From contig OY969801.1 of NCBI GenBank assembly GCA_963703225.1, forward strand, positions 288,001-352,000: 64,000 nucleotides of DNA, in the 5' to 3' direction. The notes below the pieces were generated by a model, which was not told where the DNA came from, ran no database searches, and saw only the letters and a list, made by a program, of their open reading frames with translations. A program made the translations under genes and the position numbers. Of the stretch, positions 39,860 through 49,899 are shown one piece after another. The stretch comes from Candidatus Eiseniibacteriota bacterium. Its GTDB lineage: Bacteria; Eisenbacteria; RBG-16-71-46; SZUA-252. Within the stretch, counting starts at the first letter, position 1, and every line of letters starts with the position of its first letter.

Positions 39860-41648
39860 CTAGATCCGGGTTTCGTTCGGCTCAGGTCCGGCAGGCGGTT
39901 CGGGCCCTCTGGCGCCAAGCGGGGGAGCCTCATGCGGCCGGCGGAGGTAGGTGCCCAAGCCGCCCGGGCTCTGGGCCCTGGTCAGCGCCAAAGCAACCCG
40001 AGGCAAGGAGAGGGGATCCGGGTAGACGAGGTAGCGGTCTTCGAACTCAGGCGCGAACTTCTTCTTCCAGCGGAAGAGGCCCTCGAAGTCGTAGAAGCGA
40101 GCGAGGTGGTTCATGAGGAAGGCCCGGGACTTGTCGGGAGGCTCGGACGGGGCCGCCTCATCTACATTGGCGAGCGCCGAGAGCGAGAGCGAAAGCATGG
40201 CCTCGCCCCGGCCCCGCGCCGCCTCCACCGACTTCGCGATCAAGAAATCCATGACGCCGCTGGGCGCGTCGTTCCGCCGTCGCGTGAGATCGAGCGCCCA
40301 TCCGCGCCGCGCCCAGATCGGAACCCACGACACGAACGCCGAAGCGCGGCGCTCGGCAGGGTTCCACGCCACCTCCACCCACGAGGAGCGAAGCCACGCC
40401 GGATCAAAGCGGCCCATGCAGAAGCCTTTCTCCTGGCCGTGGCGCGTGTGCATCCACTCCGCCGAGATCGCGCGGAGCTGCTCGGGGATCCCGTCTGGGT
40501 CGTGGGCGAACGAGAGGGGATTGACTCCCGGAATGTAGGCGCGAGTCTCCCATCCCGCCTCCTCCAGCTTGCCGGCAGCTCGTCGGACTGTACCCATGGC
40601 GGGACCCTCCAGCGAGAAACGCTCCGGAAAGAGGATCGGATCCTCGCCGATGTGGATCGATCGCCATCCAAGGGCCTTGTAGTGGGACAGCCGCTCCGGC
40701 CGGGCCTGGAAGAACGCGAAATCCCAGTCGTGCTCGCTGCAGAACTGCGCGAACGATTGGAGCAGCGCGGGGAATTCCTCCTCCGGCCCCACCGGATCCC
40801 CGATGCCCAGGAGCACGTTCGACTCAAACCGGTAGGCAATGACCGCCCGACCATTGGCGCTGAAGAAGTAGTCGGAGTCGGGGGCCAGCGCGAACGCCGA
40901 GACGCTGGAGTCGCCGTGGGATTGGAGCAGTGCCGCGACCCGGTCTCGCTCCGCGCGGTGGCGGCCCCGGTGGGTGACTGGGCGGAGCGCGGCGACCGCG
41001 ACACCGACGAGGAAGACCGCGGACATCACGTCCACCGATCCAAAGAACCAATTGATTCGGTGCCGCATGCGGAGGGGGAGGGCTGGATCGAGGGCGATCG
41101 TCTCGCTGTCCAATGCCGAAGAGGTGGTAGACCGCGTCGACCAGAACTCGGCTGATCGATGCTCCGCCGCCGTAGCGTGAAGCGACAATCCAGCACCCAA
41201 CCGTTGTGTAGAGGCCCAGCGCGAGGGCCGCGAACACCGCTCGAGACCGGAGCGCGCCCAGCGTCAGCTCACGACTCTTCACCCGGAACGAATCGGCGCT
41301 GACCGCGAGAAGGAACATGAGGGTGGATGCCGCGGTCGCCTCCTCGAAATCAATCGCCTTGAGCAGGTTTGCGGGGACCGAGACCGCGCAGAGAAAGAGC
41401 GCGGCGACAAAGGCCCTGCGCTTCCCGCTTCGCAGTCCCCAGGCGGTTACGAGCAGAAGGAGCCCCGACAGGAGCGTGAACGTGCGGCTGGTATCGATGA
41501 CCTCCGTCGGAACGAGCCGTCGGAGAGCAAGAAGTCGATCCGGAGGGTGTGACAGGAACGCGGAGAGAAGGTTTATTACGCCCTGCGCCGCAACGGCGAG
41601 CGCGAGGAGGTATCGGCGCCAGAGTTTCAGTTGGAGACCATTCGACAA
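39860..41648 (-). CDS. Phosphatidylglycerol lysyltransferase (MprF/DUF2156) domain membrane protein, frameshift near 41.1 kb
   Basis: N-terminal transmembrane segments; GDPVG, IGED, EKGF, LDLTRR..APSGVMDFL and FEGL.RWKKKFAP. Confidence 0.8.
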
Positions 41649-41675
41649 GCGGTCAGGGGTTTCGCGGGAGAGGGG

Positions 41676-43964
41676 TTACTCGTTGACCAAGTATTCCTCG
41701 GGGCGGATCTGGAGCGATTGAATCTTGTAAATCAGCGTTGTCCGCTTCATGTTGCCGAGGCTTCGCGCAGCTTCTGCCTTGTTCCCGCGGTGTGCGCGCA
41801 GGGCGAGCAGAATGGCCTCTCGTTCCTCGGCGACGCCAGCCCTTCGTTCTCGCTCACGGCGCAGCGCCTCCGCCGTCTTTGTCGCGTGTCTCGGCAAGAA
41901 TGCTTCGCGATTCACGATCGATCCTGACTCAGCCATTGCCACGACCCGGGCGACCTCGTGCTTGAGTTCGCGGACATTCCCCGGCCAGGTGTACGCGCAC
42001 AGCAATGCCTCGACGTCGTCCGCAAGTCGGAGAGATTTCTTAGAAACCGCCACCGTCTGTGCCCAGAAATGGCGGAACAACACGCGAATATCCTCTTCGC
42101 GCTCCTGCAGCGCAGGCAGCGATATGGAGACGCCATTCAGCCGGTAGTACAGATCCCGGCGAAATATGCCGCGATCAACCAGTTCCTCCAGGTTCGCATT
42201 TGTGGCAGCCACAATCCTCACGTCGATCGTGCGCACATCGTCGCGTCCGAGCGGGCGAACCTCACCCGTTTCGAGAACTCGAAGGAGTGTTGATTGTGCA
42301 GCAAGGGAAAGGTCTCCGATTTCATCTAGGAAGAGCGTTCCAAGGTGCGCCGATGCAATCAGTCCTTCTCGAGTTGAGACTGCACCGGTGAAGGCGCCGC
42401 GCTCGTGGCCGAAAAACTCACTGTCCGCGAGCCCTGGGCTCACCGCACCGCAGTTCACGGCCACAAAAGGGCCTTTGCGGCGATCGCTCATTAGATGGAG
42501 CGCCTTGGCGAAAAGTTCCTTCCCAACTCCGCTTTGGCCCGTGACAAGAACGGGTATTCGATTCGGCGCCACGCTCTGAATGGTGGAGACAGCCTCGCTC
42601 ACTTCCGGATTGCAAGTGATGATCCCGAAGCGAAGTGCGCCACGGTCCAGATTCTCCACACCGGCTAGCGCCGCCACCCCTGGCTCGTCCGGCTGCGGAT
42701 CGGGCTGCGCCTCGAATCCCAGCAATCGTTCGATGTGCTTCGTTTGGAATATGAGCCCAAGGCGCTCGAACGTCCCGCGAGCCTCCCACAGCTGCCGGCG
42801 GCCCAGTGTCGATTCCTCGTCGGTCTTGCCCTGAAGTCGGGCCTCTCCAGCCCATTGGAGGGCCCGAGCCAGCTCGTAGGGTATCTCGTAGCTCTTGCCT
42901 AACTCGATACCCTCCGCGGCAAGACGAAGTGCTTTCCGTGGGTTCCCTGCAGCCCAATTCGCCATTGCGAGCACACGGTGGGTCGCGCACTCCTCGTACC
43001 GATCTCCGGTCTCTCGTGCGACGCGAAGACCTCTGTCGCAGGCGAGAATCGCCCCGTTTGGATCTCCGAGATTTGTGAGAGCCTCGCCAATGCGATGGCC
43101 AAGTTCTGGTATTAGATCGCCCTTCGGTGCGGTCGCCTCTGCGAGGGATTGGGCAGCACGGTAGTGATCGAGCGCCTGCTGGAATTCCTTCTGCGCGAGA
43201 TGGCAATCACCGATGTACTCGAGGCAGATCGCTTCTTCCCTCGAATAGTGTTGATCTCGCGTCGTCGCAAGCGCCGGAGTCAGAATCTCGAGCGCCCGAC
43301 TGAAATGGCGCGTGATAATCAGATACCGAGCGCGTGTGAGCTGGGCCAAGAGCATTGGGAGATTGTGACCGGAGGAGGCCAAGAACCCATCCGCTTCGTC
43401 GAGGAGATGGGGGACGGCCCAGAAGTGACCAGATTTCAGCAACGTGCCGCACAGATTTGTTCGGAGACCGCCAGATTCCCGACTGCTACCAATATCGTCC
43501 GCTGCTGCGATTGCGTTCTCTGCCTCAAATTTCGCGAGTGCCCAGAGGCCCCGGTTCTTGAAGAGAACGACCAGTTGGCGCTGGTGGCGGATGGTTTCCT
43601 CCATATCGTCTAGGTCCCACCGAGCGACATGGATGGCGGCCCGCAAGTGCTCCTCTGCTCTCCTCAAATTTCCCATCCGAAGGTGGGCAATGCCCAAGAG
43701 AGCATGCGACCTGCAAAGTTGCGCAGGCACGCCGCCTCTTGACAATCGCGGGATGACTCCATTTCCGACGGTCACAATCTCATCCCAATTCCCTAGATTG
43801 TGCAGACAGTCCAATTGCAATTCGATAGCGTCAGCCAGTAATGGAGTCATCTCAAGGCTGGGGAAGGTTAGGGAACCTCTAAGCAACTCGAGGGCCTCGG
43901 GGAGCCTGCCTCGAGACTTCAGGTCCCTGACGTGAGCGAGGAATTCCCTATCGAGTTGAATCAT
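41676..43964 (-). CDS. TPR-domain sigma54-dependent transcriptional activator (bEBP, Fis-type HTH)
   Basis: About 400 aa of TPR-like helices; GQSGVGKE, GAFTGA, LFLDEIG, WPGNVRE and C-terminal GNKAEAARSLG. Confidence 0.92.
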   Translation of the reverse strand: MIQLDREFLAHVRDLKSRGRLPEALELLRGSLTFPSLEMTPLLADAIELQLDCLHNLGNWDEIVTVGNGVIPRLSRGGVPAQLCRSHALLGIAHLRMGNLRRAEEHLRAAIHVARWDLDDMEETIRHQRQLVVLFKNRGLWALAKFEAENAIAAADDIGSSRESGGLRTNLCGTLLKSGHFWAVPHLLDEADGFLASSGHNLPMLLAQLTRARYLIITRHFSRALEILTPALATTRDQHYSREEAICLEYIGDCHLAQKEFQQALDHYRAAQSLAEATAPKGDLIPELGHRIGEALTNLGDPNGAILACDRGLRVARETGDRYEECATHRVLAMANWAAGNPRKALRLAAEGIELGKSYEIPYELARALQWAGEARLQGKTDEESTLGRRQLWEARGTFERLGLIFQTKHIERLLGFEAQPDPQPDEPGVAALAGVENLDRGALRFGIITCNPEVSEAVSTIQSVAPNRIPVLVTGQSGVGKELFAKALHLMSDRRKGPFVAVNCGAVSPGLADSEFFGHERGAFTGAVSTREGLIASAHLGTLFLDEIGDLSLAAQSTLLRVLETGEVRPLGRDDVRTIDVRIVAATNANLEELVDRGIFRRDLYYRLNGVSISLPALQEREEDIRVLFRHFWAQTVAVSKKSLRLADDVEALLCAYTWPGNVRELKHEVARVVAMAESGSIVNREAFLPRHATKTAEALRRERERRAGVAEEREAILLALRAHRGNKAEAARSLGNMKRTTLIYKIQSLQIRPEEYLVNE

Positions 43965-44001
43965 TGGTTCCCCGGCCTGATTCTCGTCTCAAACTAGCCG
44001 A

Positions 44002-44313
44002 CTACCTGTTCGTTCCACGCCAGATCGCCAGGTAGCCAAGGACGGCCGCAATGAGCGCAGGTAGCTTCGCTACCTGGCTCGTGGTGCGGCCAATTGCGAG
44101 ATTCGGCGGTGCAGATGTAGCTTTCGCCCGGGCTCCCGGACCCGGGGCTGGTCCTTGATTCCCGGTGTCATCCGGGTCGCCCATCTCAATCGGGGGACGG
44201 GTCCTTGCGATAGCGTGTCTGGCAGGTTGGAATGCTGCGAGAGACACGCAGGTCGACAAAGCGAGCGCGATCAAGAAGCGATCCCGGAACTGGATTCCGT
44301 TTGATGCCTTCAT
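44002..44313 (-). CDS. Small secreted protein with GDPDD core and hydrophobic C-terminal tail
   Basis: Signal-like FLIALALSTCVSLAAF..AIA; EMGDPDDTG; LPALIAAVLGYLAIWR tail; ends 37 nt upstream of the bEBP start. Confidence 0.55.
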   Translation of the reverse strand: MKASNGIQFRDRFLIALALSTCVSLAAFQPARHAIARTRPPIEMGDPDDTGNQGPAPGPGARAKATSAPPNLAIGRTTSQVAKLPALIAAVLGYLAIWRGTNR

Positions 44314-44675
44314 GGCATTCGTACCCTTACAATGTGCCGGCGCTTCGTTCGACCGAGGGGACGGTCGAGGTGATGCGATGGAACATCGAGGTGTTATGGT
44401 CAATAGTTGTTGATCGAGTCCCTGAGTGGGCTGGGGGTTGGTCCAATGATGAACAGGGGCGATCGAATCTGCGGGGTAGGTTGCTCATGTTCATGACTCC
44501 CCCGATCACAAATCTAGGGGAAAACCAGCTAACACTATACAGGACTGGACCCACCGAGGCAATTCTATTTTTCAGCCCCGACCACCGCATGTCAAAGGGC
44601 TTCATTTTCAAGATGGCCCCCTGCGGGCCCTCCCTAGCGTTTCCTCTACCATCCAACCCACCGTAGTATTGATCC

Positions 44676-47600
44676 ATGCCTGATCGATCAAGAGTTCCCG
44701 AGGAACTTCCAAAACGTTACGTTCCGCTTTCTCTTCTGGGCGTCGGGGGCTCGGGCCGTGTGCTCCGCGTCCATGACTCAATCCGAGGCGTCGAGCTCGC
44801 ACTCAAGATCGTCACGCCCTCAGAGTCGATTTGGCTCCGCCGCGAGTTCGATACGCTTCGTCAGATTCGACACGAGAACCTGATTGAGGTCTTCGATTGG
44901 GGTGCACTTCCCACTGGTGATGCGTACTACACAATGGAATTGATTCAAGGTGGCGACTGGGCAAGCCGCATCGGTGCACCACAGTCAGCCGACGAAGTCG
45001 GACGCATTCTCATTGGCGTTCTCCGCGGCCTGGCGCATCTCCACTCTCACGGAGAGATTCACGGTGACCTGAAGCCCAGCAATGTTCTTCTGGGCGAGGG
45101 CGGTCTAGTCAAGATCGTTGACGTGGGGATGGGACGTGGCTCCGGAGGCTCGATGAGCCTAGCCGGCACCCCGGGGTATGCAGCTCCCGAGATATGGGAG
45201 GGGGCAATACCAGACGTTCGAGCAGACATCTATTCAGTCGGCGTAATGATCTATGAAGCTTTGACCGGGCAGCATCCCTTCGGTGGACGCACTATCCGCG
45301 AGGTCGTATCGGGCCAGTTGGAGGGATGGGTGGCTTCGCCATCGATGCATGGGGTGAGTGTGCCGGCCAATCTCGAGCGGGGAATGATGCGTTCGATTGA
45401 GCGGAATCCCGGCCTCCGGCAAGCGAGTGCCGACGAATTCATGGAAGGTCTGAACGTACAGGACAGAATTGGGGAAATCTTCGGCGGGAAGTTCTGCGGC
45501 AGGGCTGCGGAACTGGCGCAAGTCGAGGAACTCATCAATTCGGATGATCCTGGACGGATGACGCTGGTATTTGTCTCTGGCCCCTCCGGCGTTGGCAAGA
45601 CGGCGTTCCTCGCAGAATTTTCCCAGAGGCTGATCTCGGTCGGTGGGATGAGCCGCCATCTCGACATATCTCCGCAGGCCAGCCCGGCCCGGGTACTCTT
45701 TGAGGAAATGACGAGACTGGGTATGAAGCATGACGGCGCAGGCGATCCTAGCGAATCGGCAATCGCCGAATTTCTTTGGACGCTTTCCAGAGATCGCCGA
45801 CTTCTCATATGGGCGGACCCGAGAGAAGAAGAGATCTCATCGACCATAAACGCCGTAGCCTCGCTTGCCAGGTTCCTTTGGGCGTTATCATCCGAGCGGA
45901 AGGCACCTAGGCGGCTCCTCTTTGCGGTGGCGTTAAATCGGTCTTCCCAAGATGAGAAGACGTTCGCGATCGATCTGCAATTGCGCCCGTTCTCGGTCGA
46001 GGAGCTAGGGCTTCAGGTGGCCGGCATACTTGGAAAAGCCCGGCTACGGCCCGAGGTCCTTGAGAAGATTCATTCCGTGACGGGAGGTTTGCCTGGCTCT
46101 GTCAGTGCAGCCGTGGCGGACCTGGTCCAGAGAGGCATTCTCGAGCGGCGAGAAGGCTGCTGGGGTTTCCATGAGGTCCAGGAGCTCCAGACGCTTGAGT
46201 TCCCAGGCTGGGAGAGTCGATGGGAGGTCGCTTGGGACAACCTTACCAGCGGCGAGCGCGAAATCATGCAGTCCCTGAGTTTGCTGAATGGTGGCATTCC
46301 CACTCGCTCGCTACCCTGCCTACAGCAAATCTCGGAGCCCCTCGAACCCCTCCGCTCCTTGAGCACCAAGGGATGGGCCAAGCCGGTCGGAGATAGGTGG
46401 AAGCCAATGTCGGAGGAAGTCCGCCGCGCGGTTCTTCGCCGGTCAGACACAGACAGGCTCCGCTCGATGGGGTTGAAGCTGCTTGCCGTCGGTCCAAGTG
46501 CCTTCGACCGTGAAGATATTGCTGATTTGATGATCGCCTATGCTCCCTCTGAGTTGTCCCTCTCAGAAGGTCTATGGGCGGCGGGGAAATCTGCGGAGCG
46601 GGGGGGGCATCGACAGGCGATCGCCCGCCTTAGGGGGTGCATCGCGCTCGCGAAGGTACTCGGTGACCGCACTACGGAGCAAACAGCAAGCCTCGCACTT
46701 GCTCGTGCGCTAAATCAAGTCGGCCGAGCGGAAGAGGCACTGCAGAACTTGATCGCCCAGGATTCCTGGGAGATCAACGAAACACCATTGAAGATCATGG
46801 CCGAGCGCGAATACTTGTTGGGTGTTTGTGAGAAAAACCTTGGGAATCTTCAGGCTGCGAAGGCTCACCTCGGATGCGCAGCAGAACTGGGGGAGGCGGA
46901 AGGCGCGAGAGCGCTGGTGGTACGGAGCCAATCGGAACTAGCTGAGATCGAGTGGCGGTATGGTGATGAAGAGACGCGAGCTATCGCGATTCAAAGGATT
47001 CGCTCAGCCTTGAGTTTAGCGATTGAAGCGGGTTCTTCGCCAGATGAGCTCGCCGCTCTCACGTACCAACTCGGATCTGCACTAATACTCTCTAGCCGGC
47101 GAGAGGAAGCACGAGCCGTGCTCTTGCAAGGTTTAGCTTCGCCGTGCAACGACTACTGGAAAATGAGGCTCGCAAATGCCGACTCGTCAGCCGCGTATTA
47201 CTTGGGCAGATTCGAGGACGCCCTTGCCATGGTTGATCGCGCGTGGCAGCTTGCCGAAAAGATTGGTGAAGACCATTTCAAGCCCAGGATATTGTCGAAC
47301 CGAGCTGGGGTGCACTATGCACTTGGCAGGATACACGAGGTATTGGGTGACGACCTGTTGGCGGCGCAGTGGTCGCTTCGGACAGGCAATGCATACGACT
47401 TCATTACCAGTTCAAATGGCGCCGCAATTTCGTTGATCCTCTTAGGAAAGTACGAGGACGCAATCGAGCATTCGCTAAAGGGGGAGAAAGCCGCGATCCG
47501 ACTTGGGCAGAGAGGCGAGCAGGCCGTCTCAATCGGTCTCCAAGCGCAAGCGGCCTTCTTGATCGGGGATCACTCCCGATCGGAAGTGCTGACGCATAGA

Positions 47601-48199
47601 GCCCTGGAGCTGACCAGAGACGCATCCTCAGCAAGGAGTGCTCCCCGCATCATGTGGCTCCTCGGGAAATTGCTGTCGGCGAAGGGGGATCGATCAGGCG
47701 CTGAGCGAGTGCTACTGGAGGCAGAGCAGCAGTTACTTCAGTCTAAGGATTGGGAAGATCTACCGGGGGTCCAGATCGAAATGCAGCGTGTCTTCTTCCG
47801 GAAGAAGGACCCGGGATTCCGCCTGGAAGAGGTGAGACGTTTGCGCTCGTGCCAGCGGGAGGGGCTCTGATCGTCTATCTGTAGGGGCCATCGTCATGGC
47901 GGAGATCGTCATGGCAGACGGGATTGATGATGGGGAAGGTGGCGAGTTCCTTCTCGAGCCCTTGGGAGGGCGGAGGAATCTGGTGCCGCGGAAATCAGTT
48001 GGCGACTCAGCCATGTCCTCGGCGAGCTGGCGATCCGGAAAGCCGACATGCGCGGCGCTCTGCTCGCTTTGCGCATGCTGTGAGAAGGCTTGGAGAGGTC
48101 GCTGATCGCCTTACTCCGGAGCATCGTCGATTCTATTTGAAGACTGCGCATGCCCGTCGCCTCCTGGAACGCGCGTCCGCTGCTACGCAGACGGGCTAG
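44676..48199 (+). CDS. Ser/Thr kinase - P-loop ATPase (STAND-like) - TPR protein; several indels after about 47.84 kb
   Basis: GVGGSG, HGDLKPSN, GTPGYAAPE; FCGRAAEL, GPSGVGKT, TGGLP; TPR repeats. The fragmented tail ends ...EHRRFYL..QTG* at 48199. Confidence 0.85.
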
Positions 48200-48397
48200 C
48201 TACGGATTTACGTTGTTACCGGCCGGGTTGACGTTGTTACCCGCGTTGCTTGTGACAGCGCCACTGTTCTGCGCGGTGTCGGTCGACGGGCCCATCAGCG
48301 TGTTCTCGCCGCAGCCGGTCGAGAGGAGAGCCGCCATCAAGAAGACGCTTGTCGCTACCAGCCTGAGTCCCTTTTTCATTCCGCTCGTCCGTTCCAT
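48200..48397 (-). CDS. 65-aa lipoprotein/peptide precursor ending in tandem AGNNVNP repeats
   Basis: GGAGG RBS; lipobox-like LLSTG-C; C-terminus NAGNNVNPAGNNVNP*. Confidence 0.7.
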   Translation of the reverse strand: MERTSGMKKGLRLVATSVFLMAALLSTGCGENTLMGPSTDTAQNSGAVTSNAGNNVNPAGNNVNP

Positions 48398-48456
48398 CTG
48401 AGCCTCCTGGTTTCGGCACCTTCTGTGGTGCCCCCCATATCTGGCTTCCCAGTAGG

Positions 48457-48471
48457 GCAACCGAGGTGCCA
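48457..48471 (-). promoter_or_regulatory. Sigma54 (-24/-12) promoter
   Basis: TGGCAC-CTCGG-TTGC on the minus strand, 59 nt upstream of the small lipoprotein ATG. Confidence 0.8.
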
Positions 48472-48753
48472 CGGAGGAGTCTCGGGCATGGAGAGGGGAA
48501 GGCGGCTCAAGAATGTCTAAAACATTTATTAATATAGACTTAGGCCCAATCAAAATCGACCAATTTTTGGCCACCGAGGAGGGATGATCGAGGCCCAGAA
48601 ACTTGGGTGGTTCAACCGAGGGGCAAGAGGCGCAGCGGAGGGACTATTTCGACCTAATTGACTGCTACTAGTCCAGTTAAGTGGATTGGTTCAGATGAAC
48701 CAGGTGGGGTGGGATTTCCCGCAAGCCGGGGCGAGGGCCTAAAACGCTATAAT

Positions 48754-49899
48754 CTACGGCGAATAAATCAATTCCCTTGGAATCGAGTTCAACCCGGGTC
48801 TTCCACCGGCCACCTGGGCGTAGGTTCGTAGGAAGGACTCGGGACCCTCCTCGATGACCCGCCTGAGCGCGGCCCTCCCGTACGCCATCTCGATCCGGTG
48901 CGCCGCGAACATCCCGCTGATCGCCCCGTATTTGCTCCAGAGGGGTCCGGTACCCGCGAGCTGGAGCATTTCCAATTTGTCGCCGCGGGCGGAGCCCGGC
49001 TGGCGGATCCGCTTGCATGCGGTGGCGAGTTGGGCAAACGCGAAGTTTTCGCGGGTGCTGGGCTTCCACGTGAACATAGAGTCCGACCCGGGCCGCGTGC
49101 GCCAATCGATGTAGTGCGCCATCCCCTCGTCGATCATCACCTCGCGGATGTACGCCATCTCGGACTTGGGCGCGCCGCGATAGGGGACCCACCCGGGGAG
49201 GGTGGGCTCCACCTGGTGCAGGCTCGCGTGAAACGTCTCGTGGGCCAGTATGTGGCGAAGGCCGCTCATTCGTTCCTCGACGGTGGGTCCGTACGTGAGG
49301 ACCTCGGTCAGGTTGACCAGGATGACGGGCATGGTATCGCCGTCCGCGCTCTCCCCGAGCGTCACGGCGTCGAACGAGGTCTGGCTCGAAATGACGAACC
49401 AGATCTTGATCGGCTTCCAAAACTTCGACGCGGGGAGGTAGGGCGCGACCTCCGACGTGATTTGCGAGGAGAGAGCCGCCTTTCCCTTGACGATCTCAAA
49501 GGCGAGGGCCGCGATGGAGTCCTGATCCTTGTAGGCGGGGTCCATTCCAAATCCGCAGGCGCCCGAATCGGGCAGCTCGAGCGCGCGGGCCACATCGGCC
49601 TCGGTCGAGACGCACATGAATTGCTCGTGGACGAACTTCCGGAGAGTTCGGAGGGCGGGCATGGCGGCGATGCGCTTTGCTTCTGCGCGCGACCGCCCGT
49701 CTCCGGTGCCCTCGCGCCCGCCCATCTTCCAGAGCGAGAGGACGCTCGCCGCTGGGGAGATATCGAGCACGACGTCGCGCGCGCCGAGGGGGCGTGCCGC
49801 GCGGTCGGCCGCCCACCCATCCGTCGCCGAGGCGAGGACGAGCGAAAGAATCAGAAAGCAGGCCGCGAGACGGAGGTGGCTCAGGATGTCACGCCCCAT
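48754..49899 (-). CDS. Putative secreted Zn-dependent protease (HExxH)
   Basis: Signal peptide; ILAHETFH followed by DEGMAHY. Confidence 0.65.
   Translation of the reverse strand: MGRDILSHLRLAACFLILSLVLASATDGWAADRAARPLGARDVVLDISPAASVLSLWKMGGREGTGDGRSRAEAKRIAAMPALRTLRKFVHEQFMCVSTEADVARALELPDSGACGFGMDPAYKDQDSIAALAFEIVKGKAALSSQITSEVAPYLPASKFWKPIKIWFVISSQTSFDAVTLGESADGDTMPVILVNLTEVLTYGPTVEERMSGLRHILAHETFHASLHQVEPTLPGWVPYRGAPKSEMAYIREVMIDEGMAHYIDWRTRPGSDSMFTWKPSTRENFAFAQLATACKRIRQPGSARGDKLEMLQLAGTGPLWSKYGAISGMFAAHRIEMAYGRAALRRVIEEGPESFLRTYAQVAGGRPGLNSIPRELIYSP

Noticed and set aside
44314..44345. Sigma54 promoter upstream of the GDPDD ORF (CGGCAC on the minus strand)
   Set aside because: There is no -12 TTGC element at the correct spacing.
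44327..44677. ORFs in the divergent intergenic region (44232-44666, 44327-44677)
   Set aside because: They have no recognisable motifs or RBS; the region is better explained as a promoter/enhancer region.
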